This document shows positions 1-10,299 of a stretch of DNA of 64,000 nucleotides, in pieces. Source of the stretch: Bacteroidia bacterium (GTDB lineage Bacteria; Bacteroidota; Bacteroidia; SpSt-205); the NCBI GenBank assembly GCA_026003215.1, contig BPGV01000001.1, forward strand, positions 2,202,466-2,266,465, in the 5' to 3' direction. The translations under genes and the position numbers were made by a program. Within the stretch, counting starts at the first letter, position 1. Every line of letters starts with the position of its first letter. The notes under the pieces are model-generated. The model searched no databases. It was not told the DNA's origin and saw only the letters and a program-made list of their open reading frames with translations.

Positions 1-106
1 CGACCAGGGGGCTTTCTTAGCCACAGGTATGCGCTGTATGAGGCCTATGCCCCCTTCCGCTACGAGCTGGGTCTGCCCCCAGAGTATAGCCCATAGCCCT
101 ATCCAG
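1..106 (+). CDS. 3' end of an unidentified upstream CDS (partial; reads RPGGFLSHRYALYEAYAPFRYELGLPPEYSP*)
   Basis: Open frame from the window edge to TAG at 104-106. Nothing further supports it. Confidence 0.2.
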
Positions 107-166
107 AGATGCTTTGGCTTCACGCTTCCCAAAGATACAACGGGCACCTTTTCGTAGCTTTGTTGG

Positions 167-865
167 GTGCGTAAGATAGGCTTCATACTTATCCTGTGGT
201 GGCTGGGGCTGAGCTGTGAGCCCGCCCCCACCGGCGAACTGACCCTCTCGGAAGCAGCGCTCTTGCGTATCTCCCCTACTGCCGGGGCACAGGTAATAGA
301 TACCTTAGAAGCAGGGCTTACCGTGTCCCTCCTAAAAACTTCAGGGGCTTGGGCTTATGTGTGTTATCGGGGGCAAAGGGGCTGGATCCTCACCCAAGGC
401 CAAGCCCTTGCAGAAGCCCCGGACCTCGAGGTCCAGCCCTCAGACCAAAGCCTCCTCCTGGCGCGCGACGATAGCGTGCTCGTAGGGATAGCCATAGACG
501 GCGGAGAACCCCAATATGCTCGGCTGAGCGAGTTTGCTCCATGGGTGCCAAGAGATAGCCTCGCTTATGCAGGCTTTTACGAAGGCCTGCCCGGGGAGGA
601 GATTAGCCTCATCATCGTCAATTTTGCGCCCCGCATAGCGCTTTTGGTCAAGCTTAGCACGCTTGACCCCGAGACTATGGAGGTACGCGAAGAGCAGGTC
701 ATTCTCGGTGCAGAAGTGCGCAGGGAGGGAAATGTAGCTTTGATAGAAAGCATAGAAGAAGTGCCTTTCCGTCGGGCAGAGTTTGTGCGTATGAATGGGC
801 GATATGCCCTGTTGGTGGAAAAAGCCCCCCATCAATATGTGATTTTGTGGCGTAGAGCTGTATAG
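167..865 (+). CDS. Lipoprotein with an SH3b-like domain
   Basis: N-terminal hydrophobic segment ending in the lipobox LGLSC. The GAWAYVCYRGQRGWI stretch resembles bacterial SH3 folds. It sits 4 bp upstream of der. Confidence 0.45.
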   Translation: MRKIGFILILWWLGLSCEPAPTGELTLSEAALLRISPTAGAQVIDTLEAGLTVSLLKTSGAWAYVCYRGQRGWILTQGQALAEAPDLEVQPSDQSLLLARDDSVLVGIAIDGGEPQYARLSEFAPWVPRDSLAYAGFYEGLPGEEISLIIVNFAPRIALLVKLSTLDPETMEVREEQVILGAEVRREGNVALIESIEEVPFRRAEFVRMNGRYALLVEKAPHQYVILWRRAV

Positions 866-868
866 TCC

Positions 869-2191
869 ATGCGGAAAGTAGCCCTTATCGGCCGGCCGAA
901 TGTCGGCAAGTCCAGCCTTTTTAATCGACTCTTAGGCCAGCGTAAGGCAATCGTAGAAGCTGTGCCAGGCGTGACGCGTGACCGGCATTACGGCCTTTTG
1001 CGCTTAGGAGAGGCGGACACGGCCCCGCTTCTTCTATTGATAGACACGGGGGGATTTTTGGGGGAAAAAGAAGGCTTAGAGGCGCAGGTAGCTCAGCAGA
1101 TTCGTTTCGCCGTAGAAGAAGCCGACCTCCTCCTCTGGGTAGTAGAGGCCTCAGGGGCCCATCCCGAAGACCAAACCTTTGCCGAATGGCTGCGTCGCTA
1201 TCGCCGCCCCGAGACGCCCCTCTGGCTGGTCGTCAATAAAACCGACAACGAACAGCGCCTCCAAGAAGCAGCAGACCTCTACCGCTTAGGCGTCGAGCCT
1301 GTCTTTTTTGTATCCGCTACCAGTGGTCGCGGGATTGCTGCTCTCAAAGAAGCGCTGCGTCAGCTTGCGGAGGAGGCCTCCCCCGAGAAGCCCCCTTCTG
1401 AAGGGCCGCGTTTTGCCCTCATAGGCCGTCCAAATGCCGGCAAGTCCAGCCTCCTCAATGCACTGCTTCGGGCCCCCAGAGCCGTGGTAAGTGATGTGCC
1501 TGGCACCACGCGGGACACCCTCTCCGAAGCGGCAGAGTGGCAAGGACGCCCTTTTTTCTGGGTAGATACCGCCGGCCTGCGCCGCAAAACCCATATTCCC
1601 CCCCACTCCATAGAACGCTACGCAGCCCTCCGCTCTTTAGAAGCCCTCTTTACCGCAGATGTAGTCCTCCTCACCATAGATGCTACCGAACCCCTCACCC
1701 AGCAGGAGATGACCCTCCTCCGACAAGCAGAAAGACACGGTAGGGGCATCGTGCTCCTCCTCAACAAGATGGACCTCCTGAGTAAGAAAGAAGAGGCAGC
1801 TTTACTGGACTGGGCTACACGCAAAGTACAACCGCTGGAACCTGTGCCCATTTTGGCGGTGTCGGCGCTTACAGGCCGGGGCGTGCGGGATATACCTGCA
1901 GCGGCTTTTCAAGTATATGAGGCAGGGCAGTACCGCATCCCTACCCGCACGCTCAACGATACCCTCCTCCCCATCCTTCGGCAGCATCCTCACCCTATGG
2001 TGGGTACGGTGCACCCCTCCGTGCGTTTTATCCAGCAGGTGGGCACAGCGCCGCCTACCTTCCTGCTGCACGTACGCCACGGGGATAAGCTGCGTAAAAG
2101 CTATTTAGACTTCGTGCGTAGGCAAATACGCGCTATTTATCCTTTCCCCGGCTGGTGGCTGAACCTTCGGTTGAAGGAAGAGAATGCTTGA
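869..2191 (+). CDS. der: Ribosome-biogenesis GTPase Der (EngA), with two tandem GTPase domains
   Basis: Two P-loops (GRPNVGKSSLFNRL and GRPNAGKSSLLNAL), DTGG/DTAG and NKxD motifs, and a KH-like C-terminus. 440 aa. Confidence 0.9.
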   Translation: MRKVALIGRPNVGKSSLFNRLLGQRKAIVEAVPGVTRDRHYGLLRLGEADTAPLLLLIDTGGFLGEKEGLEAQVAQQIRFAVEEADLLLWVVEASGAHPEDQTFAEWLRRYRRPETPLWLVVNKTDNEQRLQEAADLYRLGVEPVFFVSATSGRGIAALKEALRQLAEEASPEKPPSEGPRFALIGRPNAGKSSLLNALLRAPRAVVSDVPGTTRDTLSEAAEWQGRPFFWVDTAGLRRKTHIPPHSIERYAALRSLEALFTADVVLLTIDATEPLTQQEMTLLRQAERHGRGIVLLLNKMDLLSKKEEAALLDWATRKVQPLEPVPILAVSALTGRGVRDIPAAAFQVYEAGQYRIPTRTLNDTLLPILRQHPHPMVGTVHPSVRFIQQVGTAPPTFLLHVRHGDKLRKSYLDFVRRQIRAIYPFPGWWLNLRLKEENA

Positions 2192-2211
2192 GACTTTTTC
2201 TGGACAGGTGA

Positions 2212-5200
2212 ATGTGTTTGTATTTTTGCTCCATGAGCAAGTTACTTACAGTTTTTTGCGGACTATTAGGGAGTGTATATGCCCAATTGGTGCTCCTTCG
2301 GCAGGCAGACAGCCTACGCGCTGCGGGTAAGTATGCAGTAGCTTACAGCTTGTATGACTCGCTCGTACGGCAGCCAGGTATAGCAGATACATTACGGCTG
2401 CGAGTTTACATTGGAGGGGCCGAGTGTTTGGCAGGGCAGCGGAAGGTGTCTGAGTTAGAAGCTTGGACAGCTAAGGGAGCACAGCTGGCTTTGAGTCTGC
2501 GAGATACAAATAGTTGGGCAAGCGTGCTCTTATGGCGAGGGCAAGCATACCTTTTAGTGGGAGCTCTATCGGAGGGAAAAGAGCTCATAGATACGCTGCT
2601 CAGGGCATTAGTAGGATTGAGGCAAGTGGATTCCGTGGTCTATGCTCAAGTGGTTGATGTACTTGCTCAGCAATATTGGGATCAAGGGGAATATGCGGAG
2701 GCGGAAAGCCTACTTAAGGTAGTGATGGGCGTCAGGTATCGGTTGCTGGGCAAGGACCACCCAGCATATCTGAGTGCACTTAATAACTTGGCATCGGTAT
2801 ATTGGATCCAAGGGGAATACGCAGAAGCGGAGAGGCTATATAAGGCTGTGGTGGAAATACAATATCGGATATTGGGCGTAGAACATCCGCGACGGTTATC
2901 TTCGCTGAATAACTTGGCGGTTGTATATCAGGACCAAGGGCGGTATGTAGAGGCAGAGAGTCTACATAAGGCCGTCGCGGAAATGCGATATCGGGTACTG
3001 GGCGCAGAACATCCGCAGTACTTGGCTTCGCTAAATAATCTCGCGAATGTGTATGAAGATGAAGGGCGGTATGTGGAGGCGGAAAGCTTGCATAAGTTAG
3101 TCGCTGGGGTGATGTCGCGAGTATTGGGTGCAGAACATCCACGGTATTTGTATTCGCTGAATAATCTCGCAAATGTGTATCATGAGCAAGGGCGGTATGC
3201 GGAAGCGGAGAGTTTGCACAAGGTAGTGGCTGGGGCGAGGTATAGGATATTAGGTCCAGAGCATCCGGATTATTTGCTTTCGCTTTATAATCTGGCGAGT
3301 GTATATCGCGATCAGGGGCGGTATATGGAGGCAGAGAGCTTGTATAAGGCAGTGGTTGAAGCAAGATATAGGATATTAGGTGCAGAGCATAGAGATTATT
3401 TAGCTTCCGTAGATAATCTCGCGAATGTATATCATGAGCAAGGGCGGTATGGGGAAGCGGAAAGCTTGCATAAAGTGGTAGCAGAAGTTAGTCATCGTGT
3501 GTTAGGCAGCGAGCATCCGCTCTACATGGCTTCGCTGGGTAATTTGGCCAATGTATATCATGATGCAGGGCGGTATGCGGAAGCGGAGAGTTTGCATAGA
3601 GCTGTGGCAGTGATGCGATATCACCTATTGAGCGCAGAACACCCGCACTACTTAGTTTCACTAAATAACTTGGCGTGGTCATACGCAGCACAGGGGAAAT
3701 ACCTATTGGCGGATAGTGTATGGCCGGAGGTCATGTATGGAACTTTTCGTTTGATACGGCGAGAGTTTGTGGGGTTGGCTGGGGCGCATCAGCTGGCATT
3801 TTTAGAGAACAATCTCATGGGGCGTTTTATAGGCTTTCAGCGCTATGTAGGGGTTCGTGGAGGAGCTAATGCTGCGCTTTTACGGCTGGGGTATCGTGCG
3901 GCTCGGAGCGTGAAAGGCCTAGTGCTGAGTTCGGTGGAAGGGCTGCGGTATTTAGCGGAGCAGAGTAGGGATAGTGTGACGCAGGCGTTGTATCAGCGGT
4001 GGCTGCGGCTGACGCAGCAGTATGCGGCGCTCATGCTACGGGAGGACTACGAGCAGGCGAGGCGGGTACAGAAAGAGGCGGAAGCAGTGGAGGGGGAGCT
4101 GGCGCGGCGGTTGCCGGAGGTGCGGAGTTTTTTGCCGGACATAGAGGGGGAGGGGGAGCCTGAGCTGCGGAGCGGGGAGGCGGTGGTGGAGATAGTGCGC
4201 GTAGCGGATAAGGACACGGTATGGTATCTGTACTATATCTTGACGCCGAGGAGGCGAGGGGTGGATATACGACTTTTAGTGCGGCGGATAGGACGAGCGG
4301 AAGAGGAGCGGTGGGAGCGGGTGTATGAGCTCCTGCGTTCTCCTGGTGCGCAGGTGAGCGGGAAAGCATACGAGGGGCTATGGGCGTCGGTGGATAGCGT
4401 GCTCCCGGGGGGTATAAAGCGGGTGTATGTGTCGCCGGACGGGGTATATTATCGGGTGAATGTAGGTACGCTGTATGATGGGCGGCGGTATGTGATAGAG
4501 CGGTATGGAGTGAACTATGTAGCAAGCAGCCGTCGTCTGATAGTGCGTAAGCGGCGTGGGGAGGGCCGGCGGTCAGTGGTGGTGGGCGGTCCTGAGTTTG
4601 GGGGGGAGTCGCCTGCTGGGCAGCCTGTGCGCGGTAGTCGTTTTTTCCTGTATGGGATACCACCGCTTGCTGGTGCAGAGGCAGAAGCGCAGGAGGTAGC
4701 TCGGCTATTGGGTGTGGAGGCGGTGACAGGTTCGGCTGCGCGGGAGGAGGCCGTGAAGGGGGCCGTATCGCCGAGGGTGCTACACATAGCGACGCATGGG
4801 TATTATGATGCTGGGGCGCCGACGGGCTTGTTGGGATCGGGTTTGTTATTTGCGCAGGCGGCGGTGTGGGATAGCGTGTATCCACCAGCGGGGGTAGAGG
4901 ACGGCCGTTTGACGGCCAAAGAGGTGAGTGGCATGAATCTGCTGGGGACGGAGCTGGTGGTATTGTCGGCGTGTGAGACGGGTCTTGGGGAGGTGAGGGG
5001 GGAGGGCTTGTATGGGTTGCAGCGGGCGTTTTTGGAGGCGGGGGCTTCTCGGGTGATGGCGGCGTTATGGCAGGTGGATGATGCGGCGACACGGGCGTTT
5101 ATGGAGCGGTTTTATCAGCGGTGGGGCCAGGCCGGCTGGAAAGCCGAGACGATAGACCAGGCATACGAGGCGGTAGTGCGGGAGTTTAAGAAGCGGTACA

Positions 5201-5241
5201 GGCAGCCGTACTATTGGGGAGCGTTTGTGCTGATGCGGTGA
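2212..5241 (+). CDS. Secreted/periplasmic TPR-repeat protein with a C-terminal CHAT (caspase-like) protease domain
   Basis: N-terminal signal-like segment (MSKLLTVFCGLLGSVYAQ). Nine 42-aa TPR_10/12-type repeats (YLxSLNNLANVYxxQGRYxEAESLHK). The C-terminus has the CHAT His-Cys dyad context (HIATHGYYD ... LVVLSACETG). Confidence 0.8.
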   Translation: MCLYFCSMSKLLTVFCGLLGSVYAQLVLLRQADSLRAAGKYAVAYSLYDSLVRQPGIADTLRLRVYIGGAECLAGQRKVSELEAWTAKGAQLALSLRDTNSWASVLLWRGQAYLLVGALSEGKELIDTLLRALVGLRQVDSVVYAQVVDVLAQQYWDQGEYAEAESLLKVVMGVRYRLLGKDHPAYLSALNNLASVYWIQGEYAEAERLYKAVVEIQYRILGVEHPRRLSSLNNLAVVYQDQGRYVEAESLHKAVAEMRYRVLGAEHPQYLASLNNLANVYEDEGRYVEAESLHKLVAGVMSRVLGAEHPRYLYSLNNLANVYHEQGRYAEAESLHKVVAGARYRILGPEHPDYLLSLYNLASVYRDQGRYMEAESLYKAVVEARYRILGAEHRDYLASVDNLANVYHEQGRYGEAESLHKVVAEVSHRVLGSEHPLYMASLGNLANVYHDAGRYAEAESLHRAVAVMRYHLLSAEHPHYLVSLNNLAWSYAAQGKYLLADSVWPEVMYGTFRLIRREFVGLAGAHQLAFLENNLMGRFIGFQRYVGVRGGANAALLRLGYRAARSVKGLVLSSVEGLRYLAEQSRDSVTQALYQRWLRLTQQYAALMLREDYEQARRVQKEAEAVEGELARRLPEVRSFLPDIEGEGEPELRSGEAVVEIVRVADKDTVWYLYYILTPRRRGVDIRLLVRRIGRAEEERWERVYELLRSPGAQVSGKAYEGLWASVDSVLPGGIKRVYVSPDGVYYRVNVGTLYDGRRYVIERYGVNYVASSRRLIVRKRRGEGRRSVVVGGPEFGGESPAGQPVRGSRFFLYGIPPLAGAEAEAQEVARLLGVEAVTGSAAREEAVKGAVSPRVLHIATHGYYDAGAPTGLLGSGLLFAQAAVWDSVYPPAGVEDGRLTAKEVSGMNLLGTELVVLSACETGLGEVRGEGLYGLQRAFLEAGASRVMAALWQVDDAATRAFMERFYQRWGQAGWKAETIDQAYEAVVREFKKRYRQPYYWGAFVLMR
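2650..3720 (+). repeat. Nine tandem 126-bp near-identical coding repeats (TPR units) inside the TPR-CHAT gene
   Basis: Repeated DNA blocks (ggcggtatg[c/t]ggaagcggagag[c/t]ttgcataa...) are visible directly. The encoded peptide repeats are highly similar. Confidence 0.6.
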
Positions 5242-5275
5242 TAGGTACCTCGGCTTTTGCGTTAACTTCGTCGGG

Positions 5276-8086
5276 ATGAATATCGTGCTCCGGGGCGCCC
5301 GTACCCACACGCTGAAAAATATCACCGTCGCCTTTCCCCGCTATAAGTTTATCGTGGTGACGGGTGTGAGCGGCTCGGGAAAAAGTTCCCTGGTCTATGA
5401 TACGCTCTATGCAGAGGGGCAGCGCCGCTATGCGGAGACTTTCTCGGCTTATGCCCGGCAGTTCCTCCAGACCGTAGAACGCCCCGATTTAGACAGCTTA
5501 GAGGGCCTTAGCCCCGTGATAGCCATGGACCAGCACCGCTATACCCACAATCCCCGCTCCACCCTGGGCACTACCACGCAGATATACGATTACCTGCGCC
5601 TCCTGTACAGCCGTATTGCCGAACCGCACAGTTTAGTGACCGGCGAAAAGCTCGTCCGCTACACTGAAGAAGAACTTATGGCCCTTCTCCGACATCGATT
5701 CAGCGGCCGGCGCATCCACATACTCGCTCCGATCGTCCGTGCCCGTAAAGGCCACTACCGCGAGGAGCTCTCAGCCCTCCTCAAAAAAGGCTTTGACCAT
5801 GTGCGCATAGATGGGGAATGGTACGACCTTTCCACCGGCATCCCTACCCTCCAGCGCAATAAAATCCACGATATTGAGGTCCTCATAGATACGTTGGATC
5901 CCGCCCATCAGCATGAAGCCCTTCAGCGAGCGGTACAGCTGGCCCTCAGAAAGGGGAATCGTTCCCTCTTCGTGATTGAAAAAGGCAAGCCCGAGGTATG
6001 GGCGTATTCCTTGGATTATGTCGACCCTACTACCGGGACGAGCTTTGATGAGCCCCAGCCTAATACCTTTTCCCATAATAGCCGTTATGGGGCCTGTCCT
6101 ACATGTAAGGGCATGGGTACGGTACGGGTGCTGGCAGTAGAAGCGCTTTTCCCAGAGGAGGATTGGCCAGCAAGGGAGGCCTTGGCCCCCACGCGAGAGG
6201 ATGATAAGGTACTTTTTTTCTGGCAAGAACTTTTGCGCAGACACCACATAGACGTGGCTTTGCCTTGGCGGGAGGTGTCCGAGAATGTCAAAAAAAAGCT
6301 CGTATGGGGCACCGCAGAGGAAGGGCAGTTTTTTGTGGAGCGGGAGCCGGAAGGTGACCTTCCTTTGCTTCACTGGCAGCGGCCGTCTTCGGTATGGGAG
6401 TATATGCAAGCAGCCTATTATGAAGACCGTCCGCCCACATGGATAGATAAGTATGTGGTGCCTAAGACCTGTCCTACTTGCGAAGGACGTCGTCTCAAAA
6501 AAGAATCTTTGGCTTTTCGTTTGGGGGGCCTTTCTATCGGAGAAGTGGGACTTATGGAGTTAGCTGAGGTAGGGCGCTGGCTGGAAAGGCTTCCAGAAGA
6601 GCTGTCTCCCACCGCTCGGGCTATCGGGGGGGACCTCATCCGGGAGATACGCAAAAGAGTGGGATTCTTAGAGCGGGTGGGACTGGGCTATCTCTCCCTT
6701 TTCCGGCCTATGGCTTCGCTCTCAGGGGGGGAAGCCCAGCGGGTGCGTTTGGCCGCCCAGCTCGGCGTAGGACTTACCGAGGTGCTCTACATCTTAGACG
6801 AACCCAGCATAGGCCTGCATCCGAGGGATAACCGCTTCCTCTTAGAGGCGCTTAAGGGCTTGCGCGACCAAGGCGCTACGGTCATCGTGATAGAGCATGA
6901 TGAGGAAACCATGCGGGCTGCGGATTGGCTGATAGAGATTGGACCAGTCGGCGGGAGAAAAGGGGGCTACTTAGTGGCCGAGGGGAGCTATGAGGCATTT
7001 ATCCAGCAGCCCAGCCTCACGGCAGACTACCTTACCGGACGCAAACAGGTACCTCTTCCACCTCCACGCCAGGGCCCTTGGGAATGCCTCACTTTACACG
7101 GTGCCCGTGGCCATAACCTGAAAAAACTCACCCTACGCCTGCCCTTGGGGCGTCTCATCGTAGTGGCCGGCGTAAGCGGCTCCGGTAAGAGTAGCCTTAT
7201 TTTAGAGACGCTGTATCCCGCGCTTTTGCGGGCTAAGCGGGCAGAGTATCGCCCCAGCTTACCGTATGAACGTATAGAAGGGGCCGACAAAGTAGATAAG
7301 GTCATTTTGGTGGACCAAGACCCTATCGGGCGTACGCCCCGCAGCAATCCCGCCACTTATACCGGACTGATGGATGAGATACGGCGATGGTTTGCGGAGC
7401 TGCCGCTTTCCCGAGCCCGAGGGTATAAGCCCGGCCGATTTTCCTTCAATGTAAAGAATGCGGGGCGCTGCGAAACCTGCCAAGGCGCCGGCGTCCAAAC
7501 CATAGAAATGGGCTTCTTACCCCCCGTCTATGTGACCTGTCCGGCGTGCCACGGCCAGCGCTACAACCCCGAAACCTTAGAGGTCCGCTACAAAGGAAAA
7601 AACATTAGCGACGTGCTGCGCATGAGTGTAAGTGAGGCCCTCGAGTTTTTTTCCGCCCATCCGAAGGTTACGCGCTATTTAGCCGTAATGGAGGAGATAG
7701 GTTTAGGGTATTTGCCTTTGGGGCAACCTTCGCCTACGCTGTCGGGGGGGGAGGCCCAGCGGGTCAAGCTGGCGGAGCAGCTGGCCCGGCCAGATACCCA
7801 CCGTACCCTCTATATTTTAGACGAACCCACCACGGGCTTGCATATAGACGATATTGGGAAGCTCCTTGCTGCGTTGAATCGGCTGGTGGATAGAGGCAAT
7901 ACGGTGATTATCATTGAGCATAACTTGGATGTGATACGGCGGGCCGACTGGGTGATTGAACTCGGGCCTGAGGGCGGAGAGAAAGGCGGCTATTTGATTG
8001 CAGAGGGGCCCCCAGCTGTAATAGCTGAGAGCGACACCCCCACCGGGCGGGCTTTGCGAGAAGTTTTGGTGGGGCAAGTAGTATAA
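5276..8086 (+). CDS. uvrA: Excinuclease ABC subunit A
   Basis: The N-terminus MNIVLRGARTHTLKNI...VVTGVSGSGKSSLVYDTLYAEGQRRY is canonical UvrA. It has two ABC ATPase modules (LSGGEAQR signatures twice), zinc-finger Cys pairs, and is 936 aa long. Confidence 0.92.
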   Translation: MNIVLRGARTHTLKNITVAFPRYKFIVVTGVSGSGKSSLVYDTLYAEGQRRYAETFSAYARQFLQTVERPDLDSLEGLSPVIAMDQHRYTHNPRSTLGTTTQIYDYLRLLYSRIAEPHSLVTGEKLVRYTEEELMALLRHRFSGRRIHILAPIVRARKGHYREELSALLKKGFDHVRIDGEWYDLSTGIPTLQRNKIHDIEVLIDTLDPAHQHEALQRAVQLALRKGNRSLFVIEKGKPEVWAYSLDYVDPTTGTSFDEPQPNTFSHNSRYGACPTCKGMGTVRVLAVEALFPEEDWPAREALAPTREDDKVLFFWQELLRRHHIDVALPWREVSENVKKKLVWGTAEEGQFFVEREPEGDLPLLHWQRPSSVWEYMQAAYYEDRPPTWIDKYVVPKTCPTCEGRRLKKESLAFRLGGLSIGEVGLMELAEVGRWLERLPEELSPTARAIGGDLIREIRKRVGFLERVGLGYLSLFRPMASLSGGEAQRVRLAAQLGVGLTEVLYILDEPSIGLHPRDNRFLLEALKGLRDQGATVIVIEHDEETMRAADWLIEIGPVGGRKGGYLVAEGSYEAFIQQPSLTADYLTGRKQVPLPPPRQGPWECLTLHGARGHNLKKLTLRLPLGRLIVVAGVSGSGKSSLILETLYPALLRAKRAEYRPSLPYERIEGADKVDKVILVDQDPIGRTPRSNPATYTGLMDEIRRWFAELPLSRARGYKPGRFSFNVKNAGRCETCQGAGVQTIEMGFLPPVYVTCPACHGQRYNPETLEVRYKGKNISDVLRMSVSEALEFFSAHPKVTRYLAVMEEIGLGYLPLGQPSPTLSGGEAQRVKLAEQLARPDTHRTLYILDEPTTGLHIDDIGKLLAALNRLVDRGNTVIIIEHNLDVIRRADWVIELGPEGGEKGGYLIAEGPPAVIAESDTPTGRALREVLVGQVV

Positions 8087-8143
8087 GGGCGCTTTCCGGC
8101 CCTACGAAGCCTTATTTTCATCCAAGTAGTTTGGTTCGGTAAT

Positions 8144-8172
8144 AAAAAAGCCCCTCTCTGTTCGAGAGGGGC
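8144..8172 (-). terminator. Rho-independent terminator downstream of groEL, also positioned to stop uvrA on the other strand
   Basis: The hairpin gcccctctc-tgttc-gagaggggc (9-bp stem) is followed by a T-run on the minus strand, which is the A-run 8144-8149 on plus. It lies between convergent uvrA and groEL. Confidence 0.55.
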
Positions 8173-8197
8173 TTGAGGAGGCAAGAGGAGCTCTGGC

Positions 8198-9844
8198 TTA
8201 GAAGTCCATGTCGCCGCCGCCCGGCCGAGCAGGGGCTTTTTCTTCTTCCGGCTCCTCTACGACCACGCATTCCGTGGTAAGGAGGAGGGAAGCGATGGAA
8301 GCGGCGTTTTCCAGCGCGGTACGCGCTACCTTAGTCGGGTCTACCACGCCGTTTTCAAAGAGGTTTTCAAACTGCTCGGTACGGGCATTCCACCCAAAGT
8401 CGCCTTGCCCTTCCTTGACTTTTTCTACGATGATGGCGCCTTCTTTCCCGGCGTTGTAGGCGATTTGGCGGAGGGGTTCTTCCAGCGCACGGCGCACAAT
8501 CTCTACGCCGATGCCCATATCTCCTTTGAGGAACTTGTCATTGATGCCGCCTTTGCCGGGGAGAAGGGCAGGGATGCAGCGCAGGTAAGCCACGCCACCG
8601 CCTGGCACGATGCCTTCTTCTACGGCTGCGCGGGTTGCATGGAGCGCATCTTCTACCCGGGCTTTCTTTTCTTTCATGGCGACTTCGGTGGCTGCGCCTA
8701 CATAGAGCACAGCTACACCGCCAGAGAGCTTGGCCAGCCGTTCTTGGAGTTTTTCGCGATCATAATCAGAGGTGGTGGTTTCTATTTGCGCTTTGATTTG
8801 GTTGATTCGGGCTTTGATGCGTTCCGGATCACCTTGGCCACCGACGATGGTAGTATTGTCTTTATCTACCGAGATTTTCTTGGCTTTGCCCAGGTAATCC
8901 AGGGTAGCGTGTTCCAGCTTGTACCCTTGTTCTTCGGAGATGACCGTACCACCCGTGAGGATGGCGATATCTTCGAGCATGGCTTTACGGCGATCGCCGA
9001 AGCCAGGCGCCTTCACCGCCACCACCCGCAACGTACCACGCAGCTTATTCACCACGAGGGTAGCCAGCGCTTCTCCTTCCACATCCTCGGCTATAATCAA
9101 GAGCGGCTTATTGACACGCACCACTTGCTCGAGGATGGGGAGGAGGTCCTTCATGCTGGAGATCTTCTTGTCGTGGATGAGGATGAGCGCATCTTCCAGT
9201 TCCGCCACCATTTTATCGGTGTTGGTGACGAAGTGCGGGGAGATATAGCCCCGGTCAAACTGCATCCCTTCCACGACTTCCAGATAGGTTTCAATGTTGC
9301 GCGATTCTTCCACGGTAATAACGCCGTCCTTGCCCACCTTATCCATGGCGTCGGCGATGAGCTTGCCGATTTCTTCATCGCCGTTAGCGGAGAGAGTAGC
9401 TACTTGAGCTATCTCTTTGGAACTGGTAATGGGACGGCTGATTTTCTTCAGCTCTTCTACGACTACCTTGACCGCTTCGTCAATGCCACGCTTGATTTCC
9501 ATGGGGTTAGCGCCGGCCGTGACATTCTTAAGCCCTTCGCGGAAAATGGCTTGGGCCAGCACTGTAGCGGTAGTGGTTCCATCGCCGGCGACATCCGCCG
9601 TCTTAGAAGCCACTTCTTTTACCATCTGGGCGCCTAAGTTTTCCATGGGGTCTTTGAGGGTGATTTCTTTGGCTACGGTGACCCCGTCCTTGGTCACAAG
9701 CGGGGCGCCAAACTTCTTTTCAATCGCTACGTTCCGACCACGAGGGCCTAAGGTCACTTTTACGGCATTGGCCAGCGCATCTACCCCGGCTAAGAGTTTT
9801 GCGCGGGCTTCTGCATTGTACCGGATGATCTTTCCTGTCGCCAT
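8198..9844 (-). CDS. groL: Chaperonin GroEL (60 kDa)
   Basis: 548 aa. Characteristic GroEL motifs are present ([24 protein letters not shown], and a Gly-rich C-terminus ...GGGDMDF). The groES gene is immediately upstream. Confidence 0.93.
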   Translation of the reverse strand: MATGKIIRYNAEARAKLLAGVDALANAVKVTLGPRGRNVAIEKKFGAPLVTKDGVTVAKEITLKDPMENLGAQMVKEVASKTADVAGDGTTTATVLAQAIFREGLKNVTAGANPMEIKRGIDEAVKVVVEELKKISRPITSSKEIAQVATLSANGDEEIGKLIADAMDKVGKDGVITVEESRNIETYLEVVEGMQFDRGYISPHFVTNTDKMVAELEDALILIHDKKISSMKDLLPILEQVVRVNKPLLIIAEDVEGEALATLVVNKLRGTLRVVAVKAPGFGDRRKAMLEDIAILTGGTVISEEQGYKLEHATLDYLGKAKKISVDKDNTTIVGGQGDPERIKARINQIKAQIETTTSDYDREKLQERLAKLSGGVAVLYVGAATEVAMKEKKARVEDALHATRAAVEEGIVPGGGVAYLRCIPALLPGKGGINDKFLKGDMGIGVEIVRRALEEPLRQIAYNAGKEGAIIVEKVKEGQGDFGWNARTEQFENLFENGVVDPTKVARTALENAASIASLLLTTECVVVEEPEEEKAPARPGGGDMDF

Positions 9845-9864
9845 AGTTTTTTCAGTTTGGGTTT

Positions 9865-10143
9865 TTAGCTGATAATAGCATAAATGTCCGACTCACGCAT
9901 AATCAAGTACTCTTTCCCGTCAATTGTAATCTCGGTACCGGCGTACTTACCGTACAGGACTTTGTCTCCGACCTTGACGGTGAGGGGTTCATCTTTTTTG
10001 CCGGGACCGACGGCTACGATGGTGCCCTTTTGGGGCTTTTCCTTAGCGGTGTCTGGAATGATGATGCCGGCTGCAGTTTTTTCTTCGGCAGGCGCCGGCT
10101 CTACTACCACGCGATCGGCTAAAGGCTTGATGTTCACCGACAT
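9865..10143 (-). CDS. groS: Co-chaperonin GroES (10 kDa)
   Basis: The track ORF carries a 40-aa non-homologous N-terminal extension. The protein from the internal Met ([16 protein letters not shown]...[16 protein letters not shown]) is a typical 92-aa GroES. The ATG was verified at 10141-10143 on the complement strand. Confidence 0.85.
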   Translation of the reverse strand: MSVNIKPLADRVVVEPAPAEEKTAAGIIIPDTAKEKPQKGTIVAVGPGKKDEPLTVKVGDKVLYGKYAGTEITIDGKEYLIMRESDIYAIIS

Positions 10144-10240
10144 AGTGCTTTTTGGATTAGGTTTGGGGGAAAGAAGAGCAAAGGGCGTGCCAGTGCATGC
10201 GAAGGCCTCTTTTCTGACAAAGTGTGCGTCTTTTTGACAA

Positions 10241-10272
10241 AAAGAAAAGCGGCGAGCTGACAAGCCCGCCGC
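10241..10272 (-). terminator. Putative rho-independent terminator of icd
   Basis: Hairpin gcggcg-agctgacaagc-cgccgc is followed on the minus strand by ttttcttt. A pair of TTTGTCA direct repeats sits just downstream, in the groES leader. Confidence 0.4.
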
Positions 10273-10299
10273 TTCGGGTGCATAGTTTGACAGGGTACG

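Noticed and set aside
4031-5092. 353-aa Pro-rich ORF on the minus strand
   Set aside because: It is antisense to the Ala/Gly/Arg-rich CHAT portion of the TPR-CHAT gene. Its proline-rich nonsense sequence is the usual mirror of GC-rich coding DNA.
8405-9637. 410-aa ORF on the plus strand
   Set aside because: It is entirely antisense to the unambiguous groEL gene, and its Asp/Phe/Gly-rich, low-complexity product is typical of a mirror frame.
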